A stretch of DNA of 28,393 nucleotides from Nitrospirota bacterium (GCA_040758355.1 JBFLWF010000028.1:1-28393); one strand, 5' to 3'. Positions 8,813 through 20,834 are shown, numbered from the stretch's first letter. The notes: a model not told the origin generated them from the letters alone. Translations and numbers: made by a program.

Positions 8813-9919
8813 TCATTTCCTCAAAAAGTAGATTGCAATCTCAAGCATTATCAATATTACTATTGCAAGCTCCAACAGTTCAATTCGCTTATTCGCAATC
8901 TCCCTGTAAAGCATATCATAAACATTGGATGCTATATCCAGTTTTTTCTTTATGCCCCCTTCCCATTCCTTAACCCTGAATAGTCTCAAGGCAGCCATAT
9001 AAATCTTTGCATAATAAACATCCTCTGTAACTTTTAACGAGGTGTCTATCTTCTCTGTTATGTCAGTCAATTCCGTAATAGTCTTCATAACCTTTGCAGC
9101 AAGCCTTTCGTATTTCTTAATCTTCCATATGGAAAGGGCGCCTTTGGCAGAGATACTCTCATATATGTAATCCAGTTCCCTGTCCACAATATGATCATAA
9201 TATCTGAGCTCAAGGAGTTGCGCATTTGCAAACTCAAGAATGTCCGGTATTTCCATACTCCCGGAAGGCTCGATGATAAAGGCGTTATCCCAATTTAAAA
9301 CAACCCCATCGTTTTTATAATAAGAAAATCTCAATGATATTAATTCGTCTTTAATGCGGCTATCCAGAGACTTTTCTTCATATAGTAATAGTCTTGGAAT
9401 ATCATAACTGCCCAGAAACTCGTCAAAACCCATCTCAGGGCAAAACGAGTCGATATAAAAGATTGTATAGTCCTCCTCAAAACGGCTTATATTAAAACCG
9501 GAAAAAGAGTCCCTCAAAATCGTGGTAACCTGATCGAGCTGTCTTCTGCATTCAATATTAATATCTTCGCTATCTTCAAGCGACAGGGCCAATCCTTCAA
9601 GAGATTTGATATCCATGTCTGGGACTGGAATTTCGAGGATTATACTCATCACCCCATAATCATAGGCTTTGCTGTAAACATTGATGTCCAACCTCTTGCC
9701 ATTGATTTCCTTTTCAATGCCCTTGATCTGAAATGACACCGGCGGGTTTGCAAACTCGAATGCCTTACTGAAGGGCTTTCTCTCTATCCTGAGCCTCTTG
9801 GCCTCTTTCTTGAGTTTCTCTTCTACCTTCAGAAGGTCAATCTCATATGCTACATCGTAAAGCCTGTAGATGAGTATTTTGCCTGATTTTATGATGGGTA
9901 GCTCGTTATTCATAATCAT
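8813..9919 (-). CDS. RMD1/DUF155-like protein with C-terminal membrane helix
   Basis: LEFANAQLLELRYYD, DVYYAKIY..ALRLF and terminal LELAIVILIMLEI patterns. Confidence 0.6.
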   Translation of the reverse strand: MIMNNELPIIKSGKILIYRLYDVAYEIDLLKVEEKLKKEAKRLRIERKPFSKAFEFANPPVSFQIKGIEKEINGKRLDINVYSKAYDYGVMSIILEIPVPDMDIKSLEGLALSLEDSEDINIECRRQLDQVTTILRDSFSGFNISRFEEDYTIFYIDSFCPEMGFDEFLGSYDIPRLLLYEEKSLDSRIKDELISLRFSYYKNDGVVLNWDNAFIIEPSGSMEIPDILEFANAQLLELRYYDHIVDRELDYIYESISAKGALSIWKIKKYERLAAKVMKTITELTDITEKIDTSLKVTEDVYYAKIYMAALRLFRVKEWEGGIKKKLDIASNVYDMLYREIANKRIELLELAIVILIMLEIAIYFLRK

Positions 9920-10057
9920 TATCTACAGAAATATTATCATATAATCTCAAAGATATGTACCGATGATTCTGCCTGTAAAATTCCCTGATCTCCTTGCGAT
10001 TTTTCTTACCCGGTGGTATCCTTTTTTATAATTTTGGTATCCATTCGAGATGGCGTA

Positions 10058-10924
10058 ATGACATCGGTTATCCCGGAACATGTTTTATACAGCATTGGAT
10101 TCAGAAAGTTCAGGATGTGGATTATCCAATATCAATCCTGCGCATTTTTATTCCTATTCCTCATTTTACTTTTAATAATCGGCTATCCTGAAGGCGCCTG
10201 GGCCAAGCGAGTTCCATCCCCTTGTAAAATAAAATACCCCAGCGATGCAAACGTGGAGTGGGAATGCAGACGCTTGCGCAAAGGCGAGACCCTTGAAAAT
10301 CTTTTCGGTGATAGGTGGATAGACGTGGCCAGGTTTAATAGAATAGACAGGCGTCATGCATATCATGGTGTCTCCATAAAAGCGCCTGAACGCCTTGAGG
10401 AGATTGAAAATTTTACGCCAATGCCAGAATATTATGAACCTGCTGAATCGGAAGCAAAATTTATTTTGATCGATCTATCGGAGCAGTTTCTGGGGGCTTA
10501 CGAATACGGCAGGCTGGTATTTTCCGTACCGGTTGCAACAGGCGAAAAGGGGAACGAAACGCCCTCCGGAGAATTCAGAATCACTGCGTTTAACAGCCGC
10601 CACAAGTCATCTCTATACTTTATTGAAAAAACCGATACCCCCTATCCCATGCATTACGGCCTCAGATTTCATATAAGCAAGAGTGGAATCGCTTACTGGA
10701 TTCATGGCCGCGATATCCCCGGTTATCCTGCATCCCATGGTTGTATCGGGCTTTATGATGAAGAAATGCAGAAAAAATATTATAAGTATCCAAAAAATCC
10801 TGTGCTTAATGATGCAAAGACCCTTTTTGAATGGGTTATCTCGCCTCTCAAGGATGATGAAAAATTTCATTTACTGAAAGATGGGCCAAGATTGAAGATC
10901 ATCGGCCATGCACCGGAAGGTTGA
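10058..10924 (+). CDS. L,D-transpeptidase (YkuD family) with signal/anchor helix and degenerate LysM-like segment
   Basis: IDLSEQFL, PVATG..TPSGEF, catalytic IHG...ASHGCI; start uncertain (10013/10058/10115). Confidence 0.88.
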   Translation: MTSVIPEHVLYSIGFRKFRMWIIQYQSCAFLFLFLILLLIIGYPEGAWAKRVPSPCKIKYPSDANVEWECRRLRKGETLENLFGDRWIDVARFNRIDRRHAYHGVSIKAPERLEEIENFTPMPEYYEPAESEAKFILIDLSEQFLGAYEYGRLVFSVPVATGEKGNETPSGEFRITAFNSRHKSSLYFIEKTDTPYPMHYGLRFHISKSGIAYWIHGRDIPGYPASHGCIGLYDEEMQKKYYKYPKNPVLNDAKTLFEWVISPLKDDEKFHLLKDGPRLKIIGHAPEG

Positions 10925-10995
10925 GATAAACACCTATGGAGAGTTAATATATACCCTGTCAAAGTTGCAGTCTCTATGAAAGGAGGATGTTACAC

Positions 10996-11526
10996 ATGAT
11001 TTCAAGAAGAAATTTTTTAAAGGCTGTGGCCGCAGGCATTGCAGCAGTCTATCCCTTTAAAAATGCCATGGCATCTCAAAAGACTGCTCCTGAGAAAACT
11101 CTCAATATGTACAATACCCATACAGGCGAGAGCATAAATATCAAATATTATGCCTCTGGTATTTATGACCCTGATGCATTAAATGAGATTAATTATTTAT
11201 TAAGGGATCATTATACAAATGAAGTTAAGGCCATCGATGTTAAAACCTTAGACCTGCTCTGCGACATAAAGGATATCTTCGGAAAAGGCAAACAGGTGAA
11301 GATAATTTCAGGTTATCGCTCGTTTGAGTATAATGAATATCTGAGGAGCCTCGGAAGGAGGGTCAGCAAAAACAGCCTCCATCTTCAGGGCATTGCAATA
11401 GACTTTGAAATACCTGGTGTCAGCAATCACGAACTCTACCGAATTGCAAAGTCCTTCGGAGCAGGCGGTGTAGGACATTATCCTGAGTTTGTGCACATAG
11501 ATACCGGCAGAATCAGATATTGGTAA
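10996..11526 (+). CDS. mepK: YcbK/MepK family peptidase M15 (DUF882), Tat-exported
   Basis: Tat motif SRRNFLK; HTGE, LRDH, IISGYRS, SLHLQGIAID, GGVGHYPEFVHIDTG; AGGAGG 9 nt before ATG 10996. Confidence 0.88.
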   Translation: MISRRNFLKAVAAGIAAVYPFKNAMASQKTAPEKTLNMYNTHTGESINIKYYASGIYDPDALNEINYLLRDHYTNEVKAIDVKTLDLLCDIKDIFGKGKQVKIISGYRSFEYNEYLRSLGRRVSKNSLHLQGIAIDFEIPGVSNHELYRIAKSFGAGGVGHYPEFVHIDTGRIRYW

Positions 11527-11564
11527 TTATTGCTAATAATCCCAAAATGTGATAATTAAAGAAT

Positions 11565-12023
11565 ATGGATCTAAAAGACAGACATATACTCATTGCGATT
11601 GACGAGTCCGAGAATGCAAAGAGGGCTGTCCTTTATGTTGCCGATTTTCTTGGAGGCTTTCCGGGGTTTCGTGTAACGCTGCTTAATATCATTCCCGAAC
11701 CTCCGGAAGACTATTTCAAAACCCCTGAAGAACATCTTAAGTGGATCGAAGAACACAGGCATAAAGCCGAGAAAATGCTCGAAAATTACCGTCAGATACT
11801 CATTCAATCAGGATTCAGCGAAGACAAGGCATCTGTGAAATTAATCATTAAAGATTGTCCGTCGGTTGCAGAATGCATCCTCGATGAATTAAATAAGCTC
11901 AAGGCATGCACTGCTGTTGTAGGCCGTCGGGGAATATCAAAAAAAGAGGAGTTCCTGTTCGGCAGCACATCGAGCAAGATTATCCACGATGCAAAGAACT
12001 GCTCTGTGTGGGTGATAGAGTAA
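11565..12023 (+). CDS. Universal stress protein
   Basis: ILIAIDESENAKRA N-terminus; VVGRRG...FGSTSSKIIH...SVWVI C-terminus. Confidence 0.9.
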   Translation: MDLKDRHILIAIDESENAKRAVLYVADFLGGFPGFRVTLLNIIPEPPEDYFKTPEEHLKWIEEHRHKAEKMLENYRQILIQSGFSEDKASVKLIIKDCPSVAECILDELNKLKACTAVVGRRGISKKEEFLFGSTSSKIIHDAKNCSVWVIE

Positions 12024-13340
12024 CTAACTAAAAGCTATTTTTCTTCCCCATTCCGACGCCTTCTGCAGTATATCTTCTTCATCTGCAGCAACAAACATTC
12101 CGTTATTAACAAGCACTCTTCCGTTCACCATAACCGTTTCCACGTCGGATGCCATTGCTGCATAAACAATATGGGAATAAACATCGTACATGGGCGTAAG
12201 ATGAGGCTTTTTCAAATTGATGGTTATGATATCGGCCAGTTTGCCTTTCTCGATGCTCCCGATCCTGTCTCCAAGTCCCAGCACTTCTGCACCCCATCGT
12301 GTTGCCATTGTAAGGACAGTCTTCGAATTCAGAACAGTCGGATCGCCTGAAATAGCCTTATGAACCTTTGCAGTGGTTGACATCTCGCTCAAAACATTCA
12401 GATCATTGTTGCTTGCAGCCCCGTCTGTCCCGAATGTGACCTTTACTCCTGCAGTAAGCATCGTAACAACAGGCGCAAATCCCGAAGCCAGCTTCAGATT
12501 ACTCTCCATGCAGTGGGATATGCCGACCTTACGATCTGCGAGCATCTCTATTTCATTATCTTCAACCCAGACACAGTGTGCAGCAACTACCTTCTCATTC
12601 AGGAAACCTACGGCTTCGAGATGCTCAACAGGCCTTTTGCCGTAAAGCAGTTTGATCTCATCAACCTCCCATTCTGTTTCCGATATATGTATGCTTACTA
12701 AAACATTCAGCCTTTCAGCCGCTGCTCTTACCTTTTTCAATGTATCGGGACTGCATGCGTATGCGGAATGGGGGGCAATACATGGAATAATCAGACCATC
12801 ACCTTTCCAGTCATCTATGAATCTTTCAGCATTACTTATATAATCATCCGCAGAATTGCCGGTTTTTGTTGGAAAATCGACAATGCCAGCTCCTATCACA
12901 GCCCTCATCCCCATCTTTTTTGATGCAACGGCAACGCTGTTCCCAAAGAAATACATATCGTTATAGGTTGTGACTCCTGCCTTGAGCATCTCAAGACATG
13001 CGAGCTCTGTTGCATCGAAAACAAATTCGTGGCTGAGCCATTTGTTTTCGGCAGGCCAGATATGGTTTTCGAGCCAATCTTTTAAAGGCATGTCATCCGC
13101 AAGCCCCCTGAAATAGACCATCGCTGCATGGGTATGGGTGTTTATCAATCCGGGCAATACCGCCCTTCCCTTGCCTTCAATGATTTTCTCCGAAGAATAT
13201 TTCTTCAGAATATTTTCAGAAATATCGACATCAACGATTTTTGTATCCTTAACCGCAATAGCGCCATCTCTAATCAAATCCATCCTATCATTCATTGTAA
13301 GGATATAGTCACCGCAGACAATAAGATCAACTGTTTGCAT
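12024..13340 (-). CDS. mtaD: Amidohydrolase, MTA/SAH deaminase (MtaD/DadD) family
   Basis: PGLINTHTH, HISET, AAHCVW, HCMESNLKLASG, GTDGAASNN. Confidence 0.8.
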   Translation of the reverse strand: MQTVDLIVCGDYILTMNDRMDLIRDGAIAVKDTKIVDVDISENILKKYSSEKIIEGKGRAVLPGLINTHTHAAMVYFRGLADDMPLKDWLENHIWPAENKWLSHEFVFDATELACLEMLKAGVTTYNDMYFFGNSVAVASKKMGMRAVIGAGIVDFPTKTGNSADDYISNAERFIDDWKGDGLIIPCIAPHSAYACSPDTLKKVRAAAERLNVLVSIHISETEWEVDEIKLLYGKRPVEHLEAVGFLNEKVVAAHCVWVEDNEIEMLADRKVGISHCMESNLKLASGFAPVVTMLTAGVKVTFGTDGAASNNDLNVLSEMSTTAKVHKAISGDPTVLNSKTVLTMATRWGAEVLGLGDRIGSIEKGKLADIITINLKKPHLTPMYDVYSHIVYAAMASDVETVMVNGRVLVNNGMFVAADEEDILQKASEWGRKIAFS

Positions 13341-13385
13341 CTAAAAACAACCCTCCCTGCAATTCGAGAAAATTTTCTATCTACA

Positions 13386-13547
13386 GGATAGCAGGTATGC
13401 CGAAAAGACTTTAATAGCGATACCTCAGAGCCGAACCCTCCCGCTGTTTAAGGGCAACTTCAGTACTACCTTTTGCATTCAGCAAAAAAACAGGCAATAC
13501 TGTTTCTCATCGCATTATTAAAGGCTTTGCAGGCATACCTGCTATCC
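13386..13547 (-). ncRNA. Rod-shaped structured RNA, 6S RNA-like candidate
   Basis: Perfect 16-bp terminal inverted repeat GGATAGCAGGTATGCC, about 17 bp further interrupted pairing, an asymmetric internal bubble and an apical hairpin whose G-U pairs favour the minus strand; GGGTTC and CGGCAT in the 3' arm recall 6S RNAs. Confidence 0.45.
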
Positions 13548-13568
13548 ATGCTTGCGAATTATAAACCT

Positions 13569-14429
13569 TCAAATATTCAACGCTATCAATGTAAAAACAA
13601 ACACTGCAATGCTTATATAGCCGTTCATATTGAAAAACGCCATATTTAATTTGCTCAGGTCATGGGACTTTACAAGTGAATGCTCATAAATCAGCAGCCC
13701 TGCAACCAGAAACATGCCTGTCCAATATACAAGATTCAAATTAAAGAGAACACCGTTTACAGCAAGCAATGACCATGTAACAAAGTGGAAAATCCTCGAA
13801 AGGATCAACGATCTTTTTATTCCAAACCTCTGCGGGATGGAATGGAGTCCATGCCTTCTGTCAAACTCCATATCCTGAAGCGCATAAAGCACATCAAAGC
13901 CTGCAAGCCAGAATACCACTGCAATGCTAAGAGGCATTATCTCCAAATCAAATGTTCCCTTTATGGCAATCCATGCGCCGAGGGGCGCTGCAGAGATGGC
14001 AATGCCGAGGACAAAATGTGCCATCCATGTAAATCTCTTTGTATAGGAATAGAGGATTAAAACTCCAATTGCAATGGGAGAGAGTTTTAGACAGAGCGGA
14101 TTGAGATTGTAAGCAGCAAAAACAAATAAAGCAAGCGAGATAAATGTAAATATAACCGCATCCCTGACCTTTATCTTTCCCGAAGGTATTTCCCTGTTTG
14201 CTGTCCTTGGATTCGCCGCATCGATCTTCCTGTCGATTATCCTGTTCAATCCCATCGCCCCTGAACGCGCGCCAACCATCGCAACAGCAATCCAGAAAAC
14301 CTGTTTCAGGGATGGAATCCCAGATGCAGCGAGGATAGCGCCGGTGAATGCAAATGGAAGGGCAAAGACCGAATGGGAGATCTTAATCATCTTCAGATAG
14401 AGGATTGCTATATTTTTAGCCATCTGCAT
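13569..14429 (-). CDS. UbiA-family polyprenyltransferase (MqnP-like)
   Basis: KISHSVFALPFA, ARSGAMGLNRIIDRKIDAANPRT, YSYTKRF, FDVLYALQD, AFFNMNG; multiple TM helices. Confidence 0.9.
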   Translation of the reverse strand: MQMAKNIAILYLKMIKISHSVFALPFAFTGAILAASGIPSLKQVFWIAVAMVGARSGAMGLNRIIDRKIDAANPRTANREIPSGKIKVRDAVIFTFISLALFVFAAYNLNPLCLKLSPIAIGVLILYSYTKRFTWMAHFVLGIAISAAPLGAWIAIKGTFDLEIMPLSIAVVFWLAGFDVLYALQDMEFDRRHGLHSIPQRFGIKRSLILSRIFHFVTWSLLAVNGVLFNLNLVYWTGMFLVAGLLIYEHSLVKSHDLSKLNMAFFNMNGYISIAVFVFTLIALNI

Positions 14430-14510
14430 GAAATTTATGATACCATACTTCCACCTGACTTGCCGAGACCGATTAAATTATGTTCTAATTATTGGCAGCC
14501 AAAAACTTGC

Positions 14511-14546
14511 TTGACAAAGAACAAAAACTATGTTAGAAAATTCACA
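14511..14546 (+). promoter_or_regulatory. Sigma70 promoter of gcvH operon with overlapping Rex/CRP-like palindrome
   Basis: TTGACA(14511)-17 nt-TAGAAA(14534) preceded by TG; TGTTA-N6-TCACA at 14531-14546. Confidence 0.5.
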
Positions 14547-14629
14547 CTGAAGGGCTTTGTCCTTATTAAAAAATTAAAGGGGGCTCGTGGGGGAAATGAA
14601 ATCTTCCCCACACCTTAAAGGAGGAGAGC

Positions 14630-15012
14630 ATGAATCCAGACAACATCAAATATCACAAGGAACACACATGGGTAAAGGCATCAGGCAAGAAGGCAACTGT
14701 GGGAATAACAGACTACGCACAGGATGCGCTGGGAGACATCGTGTACATTGACCTTCCCGAAGTTGATGCAACAGTAGAAGCAAACACCGAGATGTCAGAG
14801 ATCGAGTCCACAAAGGCAACATCGGCAGTAATAGCACCTGTAAGCGGAACCATAATCGAGGTCAACGAAAAGCTTGCAGACTCTCCTGAGATAATCAATG
14901 AAGACCCGTATGGAAAGGGATGGATAGCAGTAATAGAAATGGACAACGAATCAGAGGTCGACGATCTCATGGATGCAGGAGACTACGAGAGATATATAGA
15001 AGAGGAAGCAAA

Positions 15013-15016
<4 letters not shown>
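14630..15016 (+). CDS. gcvH: Glycine cleavage system H protein (lipoyl carrier)
   Basis: EHTWV, VGITDYAQDALGDIVYIDLP, lipoyl-Lys EIESTKAT, INEDPYGKGW; AAGGAGG RBS. Confidence 0.95.
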
Positions 15017-17733
<2,717 letters not shown>

Positions 17734-17753
17734 ATTTAGCCGATAATTAAACC

Positions 17754-18101
17754 ATGAGAGGCAGAATACAACCTCGGAACCTCAGACAACAGGTTACGGT
17801 CGAAAGAAAGAAACGCAATGTAATATTTTTCACCGTAATTATACTCGCACTTCTCTATATAAGTACATCTCTCCTTCTTGGAAACATGGGTTTCATAAAA
17901 TATCTCACACTCAAAAAGACAAAAAATAGCTTGGAGACAGAAATAACCACATTGGAAAAAGAGAACAAGATACTGCAGACGCAGATAAACGCATTAAAAG
18001 AAGACCCCTATTATATAGAAAAACACGCGAGGGAAGAATTCGGATTGGCAAAACCCGACGAATACATCTTTCAATTCCAGAATGATGCCAACAAGAATTA
18101 A
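17754..18101 (+). CDS. ftsB: Septum formation initiator FtsB/DivIC
   Basis: Single TM helix, coiled coil, DPYYIEKHAREEFGLAKPDEYIF; eno-ftsB synteny. Confidence 0.88.
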   Translation: MRGRIQPRNLRQQVTVERKKRNVIFFTVIILALLYISTSLLLGNMGFIKYLTLKKTKNSLETEITTLEKENKILQTQINALKEDPYYIEKHAREEFGLAKPDEYIFQFQNDANKN

Positions 18102-18103
18102 TA

Positions 18104-20278
18104 ATGGATAGCCCCCTTTACATTGCCTTTCTCTGGCACATGCACCAGCCCTATTACAAAGACCCTTTTACAGGGATTTACCGGCTGCCATGGGTAAGGC
18201 TGCACGGAACCAAGGATTATCTGGACATGGTGAAAATCCTCGAGGAATTCCCGAACATCCGCCAGACATTCAATGTAGTTCCTTCCTTGATCGAGCAGTT
18301 GAGGGATTATATAGAAAACAATGCAACCGACAGGTACCTCGAATTAACGCTGAAAAATCCCTCTGACATGACAGAATCCGAAAGGCTGTTCGTCATAGAA
18401 AACTTCTTCCTCGCAAACTGGGACAATATGATAAAAACCTTCCCCAGATATTATGAACTGCTCGTAAAGAGGGGATTCCGCTTCACAAAGGGAGATATTG
18501 TAAGGGTATCCAGATATTTCACAGATTATGATGTAAGGGATCTTCAGGTGCTCTTCAATCTGAGCTGGATCGACCCCATGTTCAGGGATAATGACCCAAC
18601 CATGAAAAGGCTTATACAAAAAGAAAGGGGCTTTACAGAAGAAGACAAACAACTCGTAATAAAAAAACAGTTCGAGATATTAAAAGGGATAATCCCTGAA
18701 TATAAAAAAATGAGCCAGAGCGGACAGATAGAACTATCTGTAACGCCTTTCTACCATCCGATACTCCCCTTATTATGGGATACCGACTCTGCAAAGATAG
18801 CAATGCCCGGTGTAAGATTGCCGAAAAAGAGATACGGTTATCCTGAGGACGCTGTAAAACAGATCAGGATGGCACTGGATTACTTCGAAAAGATATTTGG
18901 ATACAGGCCGTCGGGCATGTGGCCTTCAGAGGGATCTGTGAGCGAAGATGTAGTTAAGGCCATGCATGCCGAAGGGATTAAATGGATCGCAACCGATGAA
19001 GAGGTCCTGGCGAGATCGCTTCAAAAACCTCTGAGAAGCCCCGAGGGCTATCTTACCGATGCAACGGGTCTATACAGGCCATATCAATTCAACAATGTCT
19101 CCATGATATTCAGAGACCACAAACTATCGGACCTGATAGGCTTTGTATATTCAGGATGGAAGCCTGAAAAGGCTGTGGATGACTTCATGGGCAAGCTCAT
19201 ACAGATAAGAAATACCCTTCCAAAAGACAGGCCATACCTTGTCCCTGTAATCCTCGATGGCGAAAATGCATGGGAATACTACAAAAACGATGGACACGAT
19301 TTCCTGAGAGGACTGTATCATGCATTGAGCAACGACAGCAGGTTCAAGACCGTAACCGTCTCGGAATTTATAAAAGAACACGACCCGGGCGAACCGCTCC
19401 ACAGACTTCATTCAGGCTCGTGGATTAATGCCAATTTCGGGATATGGATCGGTCATGAAGAGGATAACCTTGCATGGGACTATCTTGCTCAGACAAGGGA
19501 AGACCTTGGGGCATTTGCAAAGGCCAATCCCGACAGGGACATCACCGAGGCATGGAATGCCATTTATGCAGCAGAAGGAAGCGACTGGAACTGGTGGTAT
19601 GGGGACGAGCACACAACAGAAACACAGGAGGATTTTGACGAGCTCTTCAGGAACTATCTCATGCAGGTCTATAAAGTAATGGGCAAAGACATACCACCCC
19701 ATCTTTATGTACCCATACTGCTGGAGGACAGGAGCATCGAGCCCGTTACACAGGCAAGGGGCTTTATATATCCAAAAATTGACGGCTTTGTCACAAGCTA
19801 CTTTGAATGGTACCAGGGTGCTTATGTTGATGTAAAACGGTCTGGCGGAAGCATGCACAAATCCGAGAGTTTTGTCTCCGCGCTTTATTACGGCTTCAAC
19901 AAAGACAACATTTACTTAAGGATCGATCCGGCAATGCCGTTTTCAGAAACACGTGAGCCCATTATCCTGCAGATAAATATCGTACACCCCTTTACATTCA
20001 GAATAACCTGTGATCTGCAGGAAAATACTCTTAATGCAACAGTCCACGAAAGGGTATTCGAGGAGTGGATATTGGTGAAGACCATCGAGAATGTGGCAGC
20101 AAAGGAGATATTTGAAATAGAGATACCGTTTGCCGACATAAAGGCGCATGAGAATGACGAAATCCATTTTTCTATGGATATAATGAAAAACGGCGAAGGG
20201 ATAGAAAGGTGCCCATGGAGGGGGTATATAACCGTAACCGTTCCAACGCCGTATTATGAGACGCTGATGTGGTATTAA
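18104..20278 (+). CDS. Glycoside hydrolase family 57 (amylopullulanase-like)
   Basis: HMHQP, WVRLH, HPILPLL, GMWPSEG (nucleophile Glu), LDGENAWE (acid/base Asp), AEGSDWNWW. Confidence 0.93.
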   Translation: MDSPLYIAFLWHMHQPYYKDPFTGIYRLPWVRLHGTKDYLDMVKILEEFPNIRQTFNVVPSLIEQLRDYIENNATDRYLELTLKNPSDMTESERLFVIENFFLANWDNMIKTFPRYYELLVKRGFRFTKGDIVRVSRYFTDYDVRDLQVLFNLSWIDPMFRDNDPTMKRLIQKERGFTEEDKQLVIKKQFEILKGIIPEYKKMSQSGQIELSVTPFYHPILPLLWDTDSAKIAMPGVRLPKKRYGYPEDAVKQIRMALDYFEKIFGYRPSGMWPSEGSVSEDVVKAMHAEGIKWIATDEEVLARSLQKPLRSPEGYLTDATGLYRPYQFNNVSMIFRDHKLSDLIGFVYSGWKPEKAVDDFMGKLIQIRNTLPKDRPYLVPVILDGENAWEYYKNDGHDFLRGLYHALSNDSRFKTVTVSEFIKEHDPGEPLHRLHSGSWINANFGIWIGHEEDNLAWDYLAQTREDLGAFAKANPDRDITEAWNAIYAAEGSDWNWWYGDEHTTETQEDFDELFRNYLMQVYKVMGKDIPPHLYVPILLEDRSIEPVTQARGFIYPKIDGFVTSYFEWYQGAYVDVKRSGGSMHKSESFVSALYYGFNKDNIYLRIDPAMPFSETREPIILQINIVHPFTFRITCDLQENTLNATVHERVFEEWILVKTIENVAAKEIFEIEIPFADIKAHENDEIHFSMDIMKNGEGIERCPWRGYITVTVPTPYYETLMWY

Positions 20279-20385
20279 ACGGCTATGCTTAAAACTATCC
20301 GGTGCACAGCGTATCAAACAAGGCCGCAATCCAATTCACAAAACAAATATCAAATATTTAAAAGGAAGGCTTTTACATCTCCCCT

Positions 20386-20801
20386 GAAACCGTTATTTGA
20401 GTACACTAATAATCGGCAATAATAGAATTATACCAATGCTGTGGTTGAAGGGAAACCGTTATTTGAGTACACTATCTTTAAACACGAATTCCTGCACCTC
20501 TGAGCTGTGGTTGAAGGGAAACCGTTATTTGAGTACACTTTTTGCAAACGCATATAAAGGACTGCCGCTGCTGTGGTTGAAGGGAAACCGTTATTTGAGT
20601 ACACTGCAACCCTTGAGGTTGAGAGCGCCCTTCAGCTGTGGTTGAAGGGAAACCGTTATTTGAGTACACTTCGCAAGGAAAGACGTCGATTGCAGGCGGG
20701 CTGTGGTTGAAGGGAAACCGTTATTTGAGTACACTTCTGCTCTCTTCTTCAATATTGTCAATTTTGCTGTGGTTGAAGGGAAACCGTTATTTGAGTACAC
20801 T
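20386..20801 (+). CRISPR. Type II-C CRISPR array: 6 identical 36-bp repeats GCTGTGGTTGAAGGGAAACCGTTATTTGAGTACACT + one 5'-eroded repeat; 6 spacers of 29-30 bp
   Basis: Full repeats start at 20438, 20504, 20570, 20635, 20700, 20766; partial repeat 20386-20407; orientation set by complementarity to the + strand tracrRNA anti-repeat. Confidence 0.98.
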
Positions 20802-20802
20802 G

Positions 20803-20834
20803 CCCCTCCCGTAACTCATTGAGATTGCGGGAGG
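20803..20834 (+). terminator. GC-rich hairpin between array and cas2 stop (putative terminator, leader-equivalent end)
   Basis: CCCTCCCGTAA-CTCATTGAG-ATTGCGGGAGGG between convergent crRNA and cas transcripts; no U-tract. Confidence 0.55.

Noticed and set aside
14920..15012. N-terminal extension of lpdA
   Set aside because: Overlaps gcvH; the Rossmann fold begins right after ATG 15013
20279..20385. Possible remnant of an older class 1 repeat or leader (GCCGCAATCC, AT-rich tract)
   Set aside because: Single short resemblance with no repetition; cannot be supported
20408..20437. Spacer 1 shares AATAATCGGC with the L,D-transpeptidase gene near 10174
   Set aside because: Only 10 bp, at the PAM-distal end; expected by chance, not self-targeting
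20474..20503. Spacer 2 reading HEFLH (HExxH-like)
   Set aside because: A stop follows two codons later and the opposite strand is open; likely chance
20397..20800. Three short ORFs with repeated peptides (LWLKGNRYLSTL; MYSNNGFPSTT)
   Set aside because: Translations of CRISPR repeats
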